Assembly (NCBI GenBank): GCA_002785585.1
Contig: PEUI01000314.1
Span: forward strand, 1 to 31,418
DNA length: 31,418 nucleotides
From: Lysobacterales bacterium CG02_land_8_20_14_3_00_62_12
GTDB taxonomy: Bacteria > Pseudomonadota > Gammaproteobacteria > Xanthomonadales > Ahniellaceae
Direction: 5' to 3'
In this document: positions 27,041 through 31,418 of the stretch, piece by piece
How positions within the stretch are numbered: the stretch's first letter is position 1
Layout of the letters: every line of letters starts with the position of its first letter
Translations under genes and position numbers: made by a program
The notes under the pieces: model-generated
Told to the model about the DNA's origin: nothing
Seen by the model: only the letters and a program-made list of their open reading frames with translations
The model's database searches: none

Positions 27041-27665
27041 GCAGGGCCGCTTGCTGGCGGTGGTGCTATTGCTGATCGCCTTGCTGCTTGGCTATTACTT
27101 CAGCGTGCATTGGTGGTTCACCGCGCGCCATTTCGAAGTGGCGGGCGCGATTGCCGACCTGAAGGAACAAGAGTTGCGTTTTCGCAGCATCGCCGCGGGT
27201 CGGCCGATGCTGGAAAAAAAGCTGGCAGAAGTGGCGCAGTACGAATCGAACAATCCGGCATTTCTGCCCGAGGCCGATTTCGATTCGGCGGCGGCCGGTC
27301 TTACCCAGCGGCTGAAAACCATCGTCGCCACCCATGCCACCGATCCGGCGCGTTGCCAGATCATCATGAATCAATACGCCCACAGCAATGATCCCGAGCG
27401 CTTCGAGCGGGTCACCATCAAGGTGCGCCTGCGCTGCGACCTGGAACCGTTTGCCGGCATGCTCTACGACCTGGAGAGCGCCAGCCCGGTGTTGTTCATC
27501 GACGATTTGCAAGTGTTTCGTCAGCAGGGCTACGTGCGGCCAGGGCAGAACAAGATTTCCAGCTATCTGGACATTCGCTTTGACCTGTTTGGCTACATTC
27601 GCAAGCAGATCGAAATCGATGCGAAGACCGGCAAGGTCAAAGTCAAAGCCAAGAATCAACCATGA
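27018..27665 (+). CDS. gspM: T2SS protein GspM (XpsM type)
   Basis: N-terminal TM segment, coiled coil, LYDLESASPVLFIDDL, LDIRFDLFGY. Position after gspL. Confidence 0.85.
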   Translation: MQLLPNPEQGRLLAVVLLLIALLLGYYFSVHWWFTARHFEVAGAIADLKEQELRFRSIAAGRPMLEKKLAEVAQYESNNPAFLPEADFDSAAAGLTQRLKTIVATHATDPARCQIIMNQYAHSNDPERFERVTIKVRLRCDLEPFAGMLYDLESASPVLFIDDLQVFRQQGYVRPGQNKISSYLDIRFDLFGYIRKQIEIDAKTGKVKVKAKNQP

Positions 27666-28438
27666 TCCCGACCAAACGCATCACGATGATTCTGGGTTCG
27701 CTGGTCGCCACTTTGGCTGGCCTGGGTAGCGCCCAACAATTCGGTTTGGGCGACGGCTATACGCTGCTGCCGGCCGATCCCAAGGCAACCAACGCGGGCG
27801 TTGCCCTGGCTCTGGATCGCCAGCCATTCCAGCTCGCGTCCTGGGGGGAATACACCGCCATCCTCGATCATCCAGTGTTCAATGAATCGCGCGAGCCGAC
27901 GCCGGTAGAAGAAAATCTGGCGGGCGAGGGCGCCAACGCCGAGCCGACCGCGCAGCCGATCAACGTTACTCTGACCAGTATCATCATCACCCCGAAGTTG
28001 AAACTGGCGATCGTCCGCGACAACAATTCCGGCAAGTCGCAAGTGGTAAAAATCGGCATGCCGCTGGACGCTGAACAAAACGGCTGGAAGTTGGTCGAAG
28101 TCAGTCCTCGTGCCGCGGTGTTCGAGGGCCAGGGTCTGGGTCGGCAGAATCTGGAGCTGCTGGTCAGTGGTGCCGTGGCGGGTGCGGCGGGTGTGGCACC
28201 GGTAGCGGCGTCGTCGCCCGCCAACGGCTATGGTCGTGCAGACGCCCCAGTCCCCGGTAACCGTGGTCCGCAAACCCCCAATTCAGCGCCGATGAACCCC
28301 CCCGGCGGCGTCGAAAATCCAGCCATCGCGGCCGCCGCCCAGGACCGCACCGAAGAAATCCGCAAGCGCATCGAAGAACGCCGTAAACAACTCCGCGAAG
28401 AAGCCGCGCGCATGCGCACAGAGGAATCCAAGCAGTGA
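27662..28438 (+). CDS. xpsN: XpsN / GspC-equivalent protein (TM, HR domain, Pro-rich linker, C-terminal coiled coil)
   Basis: HPVFNESREP, LTSIIITP..KLAIV, C-terminal EEIRKRIEERRKQLREEA coiled coil in place of a PDZ domain. Lies between gspM and gspD as in Xanthomonas xps. Confidence 0.8.
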   Translation: MIPTKRITMILGSLVATLAGLGSAQQFGLGDGYTLLPADPKATNAGVALALDRQPFQLASWGEYTAILDHPVFNESREPTPVEENLAGEGANAEPTAQPINVTLTSIIITPKLKLAIVRDNNSGKSQVVKIGMPLDAEQNGWKLVEVSPRAAVFEGQGLGRQNLELLVSGAVAGAAGVAPVAASSPANGYGRADAPVPGNRGPQTPNSAPMNPPGGVENPAIAAAAQDRTEEIRKRIEERRKQLREEAARMRTEESKQ

Positions 28439-30912
28439 ACCAGAATCCGACCGTGATGCGCAGCCTCACCGATGCTTTGACCGCCCTGCTGCGCACGCTG
28501 CCCGGGCTATTGCTGTTGGCAGCGGGTTGCGCCAATAGCGGTGGTAGCCGTGAGGCGCTGGCCAGCGCCGAGGCGCCCGCAGCGACCGTGGCACCGGCAG
28601 CGTCCGAAGCTGCGGTCGCCATACCCGCACCAGTAGCTGCCAGCGGTGCAGACCCGGCGACGCCCGTTGCGGAAACCAAAGTGGTCCCGGATGCAACCGC
28701 CGCCGCCGCCGTCCAAGCGGACCCGGCGCCTGCCACAGCAGCACCGGTGGCCGCCAGTGCCGCGCTGGCGCAGCCGTCAGTGGTCAGCACGGCCAATCTT
28801 CCTGCTGCCACCAGTGCCGATGCCATCCAGCCTTCGGTCGTGACCGATGCGGTAACCGTGCGTTCTGCTGCCCATGTCGAACCCGGCACCGCCAAGTTTC
28901 TCAATGAAGACGCCGCCAATCGGCGGCCTGCGGATTCCACCGCTGCGGGTGAAGTGGTATTCAACTTCGAAGCCGAATCGTTGCCCGCCGTCGTCAAAGC
29001 CATCCTCGGCGACTTGCTGCAAGAGAACTACGTCATCGCGCCGGGCTTGGCTGGCCAAGTCACCTTTGCCACCGCCAAACCGATCAGTGCCGATCAGGCG
29101 ATGGGCGTGCTGGAAATGTTGCTGTCCTGGAACAACGCCACCCTGGTCTATCGGGATGGCCGCTACACGGTGTTGCCGGTAGCACAGGCGGTGGCCGGCA
29201 ATCTGGTGCCGCGCACCGGGCCGATCACCACCGCCAAGGGTTACGAAGTGCGTGCGGTGCCGCTCAAGTACATCTCGGCCACCGCCATGCAGGAAGTGTT
29301 GACGCCCTACGCGCGCGCTGGCGCCATCCTCAAAGCCGACAACACCCGCAGCATGATCGTCATCGCCGGCACCCGCGCCGACCTGGGAAATTATTTGCAG
29401 ACGATCGAAACCTTCGATGTCGATTGGTTGGCTGGCATGTCGGTCGGTGTCTATCCGCTGGAGCGCGTGGAAGCCGCGACCGTGGTCCCGGAATTGGAAA
29501 AAATCTTTGGCGAGGGCGGGCCAACGCCGCTGGCGGGCATGTTTCGCTTCATGCCGATCGAACGCATCAATGCCGTCCTGGTGATTACCCCGCAACCGGA
29601 ATACTTAAGCCAGGCCGAATCTTGGCTGGGCCGTCTGGATCGCGGCGGCAGTGAGTCCGGCGCGCAGTTGTTCGTCTACTACGTCAAGAACGTCAAAGCG
29701 GTGGATCTGGGCGACAAACTCAGCGAAGTCTTCGGCAGCGCTGGCAACGCCGGGGCCAGATCTCCCGCCAGTGTCGGTCGGGTGGCGCCCGGGGGCTCGG
29801 TCGAAATCAAGAGCATCAACAGCCAGCAGGGTCGCAAGGACGCCGCCAGCGAAGCCAAGGCCGAATCGCGAGCCTCCTTGCAGCCGAGCTCCAGCGAAGG
29901 CATATCCATCAGCAGCAGCGATGACATTCGCATCACCTCGATCGAAGAAAGCAATGCGCTGATGATCCGCGCCACCCCCGGCCAGTACGAATCCATCCTC
30001 GGGGCGATCAAGCGTCTCGACATCGTGCCGCTGCAAGTCCATATCGAAGCCAAGATTTTGCAAGTCAGCTTGACTGGCGAGTTGTCTTCCGGCGTCCGCT
30101 GGTTCTTCGAAAATGCCACCGGCCTGACTGGCAGCGGCACCAGTGCTGCTGATTTCAACGCCATTCGCCCCAACCGTGGTGTTTGGAACAGCTTCGCGGG
30201 ATCTTTCACCAGCACGGCTGGTCTGGCCTGGACCTTCCTGAAGAACAATCAGGAAGTTTTTATTAGCGCATTGCAATCGGCGGGCAACACCAAAGTGCTG
30301 TCGGCGCCGTCGATCGTGGTGTTGAACAACAAGACCGCCAGCCTCAATTCCGGCACGCAGATTCCGGTCAACAGCACCTCGTTTCAGCCCATCGGCGGTA
30401 CCACCGGGGGTACCACCGGTGGCAACAACTCGTTTTTCAATTCCACCCAGTTCCGCGATACCGGCATCACCCTGGATGTCACCCCACGGGTCAATCCCGG
30501 TGGCTTGGTCTACATGGAAATCCGCGAGGAAAAAAGCGTGCCTGGCGCAGCCAGCAGCGCGGTCAACGGCAACGTGTCGGTGGACAAGAGCACGATTGAA
30601 ACCGAAGTGGCGGTACAAAGCGGTGAAACCGTGGTCTTGGCCGGCCTGATCGAAGACACCAGGACCTCGAGTCGCTCTGGCGTCCCTGGACTGGTCAAGA
30701 TCCCGCTCCTCGGACGGCTGTTTGGCAACAATAGCAACGGCTCCACCCGCAGCGAAATTCTGGTGCTGATCACCCCCACAGTGATCGACAGCTCCGAGTC
30801 TGCCCGCAATCTCACCATCGAATATCAATCCCGCTTCAAAGGCATCCAACCCCTGCTGCATCCACAGCCAGAGCCACAAAAAGGCAAACACAAACCAACC
30901 AGCAAGGAATAG
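28435..30912 (+). CDS. gspD: T2SS secretin GspD (XpsD-type liposecretin), about 825 aa
   Basis: Lipobox LAAG|C (Cys32), N0 domain FNFEAESLPAVVKAILGD, SNALMIRAT, QVHIEAKILQV, KVLSAPS, DTGITLDVTPRV, GVPGLVKIPLLGRLF, RSEILVLITP. The start is GTG 28435 or ATG 28456. Confidence 0.96.
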   Translation: MNQNPTVMRSLTDALTALLRTLPGLLLLAAGCANSGGSREALASAEAPAATVAPAASEAAVAIPAPVAASGADPATPVAETKVVPDATAAAAVQADPAPATAAPVAASAALAQPSVVSTANLPAATSADAIQPSVVTDAVTVRSAAHVEPGTAKFLNEDAANRRPADSTAAGEVVFNFEAESLPAVVKAILGDLLQENYVIAPGLAGQVTFATAKPISADQAMGVLEMLLSWNNATLVYRDGRYTVLPVAQAVAGNLVPRTGPITTAKGYEVRAVPLKYISATAMQEVLTPYARAGAILKADNTRSMIVIAGTRADLGNYLQTIETFDVDWLAGMSVGVYPLERVEAATVVPELEKIFGEGGPTPLAGMFRFMPIERINAVLVITPQPEYLSQAESWLGRLDRGGSESGAQLFVYYVKNVKAVDLGDKLSEVFGSAGNAGARSPASVGRVAPGGSVEIKSINSQQGRKDAASEAKAESRASLQPSSSEGISISSSDDIRITSIEESNALMIRATPGQYESILGAIKRLDIVPLQVHIEAKILQVSLTGELSSGVRWFFENATGLTGSGTSAADFNAIRPNRGVWNSFAGSFTSTAGLAWTFLKNNQEVFISALQSAGNTKVLSAPSIVVLNNKTASLNSGTQIPVNSTSFQPIGGTTGGTTGGNNSFFNSTQFRDTGITLDVTPRVNPGGLVYMEIREEKSVPGAASSAVNGNVSVDKSTIETEVAVQSGETVVLAGLIEDTRTSSRSGVPGLVKIPLLGRLFGNNSNGSTRSEILVLITPTVIDSSESARNLTIEYQSRFKGIQPLLHPQPEPQKGKHKPTSKE

Positions 30913-30940
30913 CCCGGCCATCCCTTTGTGGGAGCGATTG

Positions 30941-31012
30941 TTGTGGGAGCGCCGCTTGCGTCGCGATGCTTTGGCAGTAGTCAGCATCGCGACGCAAGCG
31001 ACGCGCCCACAA
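30941..31012. repeat. REP doublet (TGTGGGAGCG family), 30-bp inverted arms with a 12-nt spacer; possible terminator or RNA-stabilising hairpin after gspD
   Basis: TTGTGGGAGCGCCGCTTGCGTCGCGATGCT (30941-30970) pairs with AGCATCGCGACGCAAGCGACGCGCCCACAA (30983-31012) at 28 of 30 positions. There is an extra partial copy TTGTGGGAGCG at 30926-30936. Confidence 0.85.
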
Positions 31013-31042
31013 TCTGCTCCCCCAACCCGCCTCCACAACCTG

Positions 31043-31086
31043 ATCCCACCGTTCATCCCACCCTTCACCCCACCGAGACCCCAACC
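31043..31086. repeat. Degenerate 12-nt tandem repeat, C-rich on the + strand and G-tract-rich on the - strand
   Basis: ATCCCACCGTTC, ATCCCACCCTTC, ACCCCACCGAGA, CCCCAACC, directly before ATG 31087. Confidence 0.6.
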
Positions 31087-31418
31087 ATGACCTTTCTCTC
31101 TCGCTTTTTTTACGCCGGCTTGCTCGGCACGATCATCGCGCTTAGCGCTTGCGCCGGCAGTGCCAGCAAGAATTCGCCGCCCACCGCTGTAGCGACGGCG
31201 CCCGCCGTAGCCGCTGACCCGCGTGATTTGGTATCGACAGAGCCGCAACCCGCGCCTGTCCCGGGGGGCTATTGGCCGCCGAAACCAGGTGCCGACGAGG
31301 CGCCTGTTGTGGCCCCCGAATTGCACTTGAGTACAGATGCCATTGATCTTAAGGCGGTGCGCGACCCCAAAGCCGACCTGGAGCATCGGGTCATTGAACG
31401 CTGGGCCCTGTTGATCGC
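31087..31418 (+). CDS. Hypothetical lipoprotein, N-terminal part (truncated by the window end)
   Basis: Absent from the ORF track (no stop). Manual translation: MTFLSRFFYAGLLGTIIALSA|CAGSASKNSPPTAVATAPAVAADPRDLVSTEPQPAPVPGGYWPPKPGADEAPVVAPELHLSTDAIDLKAVRDPKADLEHRVIERWALLI. Lipobox LSA|C followed by a Pro/Ala-rich tether. Confidence 0.75.
   Translation, partial: MTFLSRFFYAGLLGTIIALSACAGSASKNSPPTAVATAPAVAADPRDLVSTEPQPAPVPGGYWPPKPGADEAPVVAPELHLSTDAIDLKAVRDPKADLEHRVIERWALLI

Overview
A GC-rich gammaproteobacterial chromosomal segment. A Xanthomonadales/Lysobacterales origin is inferred from the dsbC-purL-xps gene order and the Xps-type T2SS proteins. The left part, on the minus strand, holds def-fmt-rsmB-DUF4390-ntrY-like kinase and then the 5' end of hutU. 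A divergent LysM/TsaP-like gene converges on phaZ across a REP cluster, and phaZ has a PhaR-type box over its -35. Next come a ferredoxin reductase coupled to glmS, and rpoD. After rpoD is a tandem duplication of the tRNA-Ile(CAU) locus; the upstream copy has lost its anticodon arm to an inverted REP doublet. The right 17 kb is one plus-strand run: dsbC (sigmaE-like promoter), purL, an exosortase-like membrane protein lacking the catalytic residues, a complete xps-type T2SS (E-F-G-H-I-J-K-L-M-N/C-D), a third REP doublet, a G-quadruplex-prone spacer and a truncated lipoprotein. The best leads are the pseudo-exosortase translationally coupled into the T2SS operon and the tRNA-REP chimera. All family assignments come from motif recognition by eye; no database searches were run.
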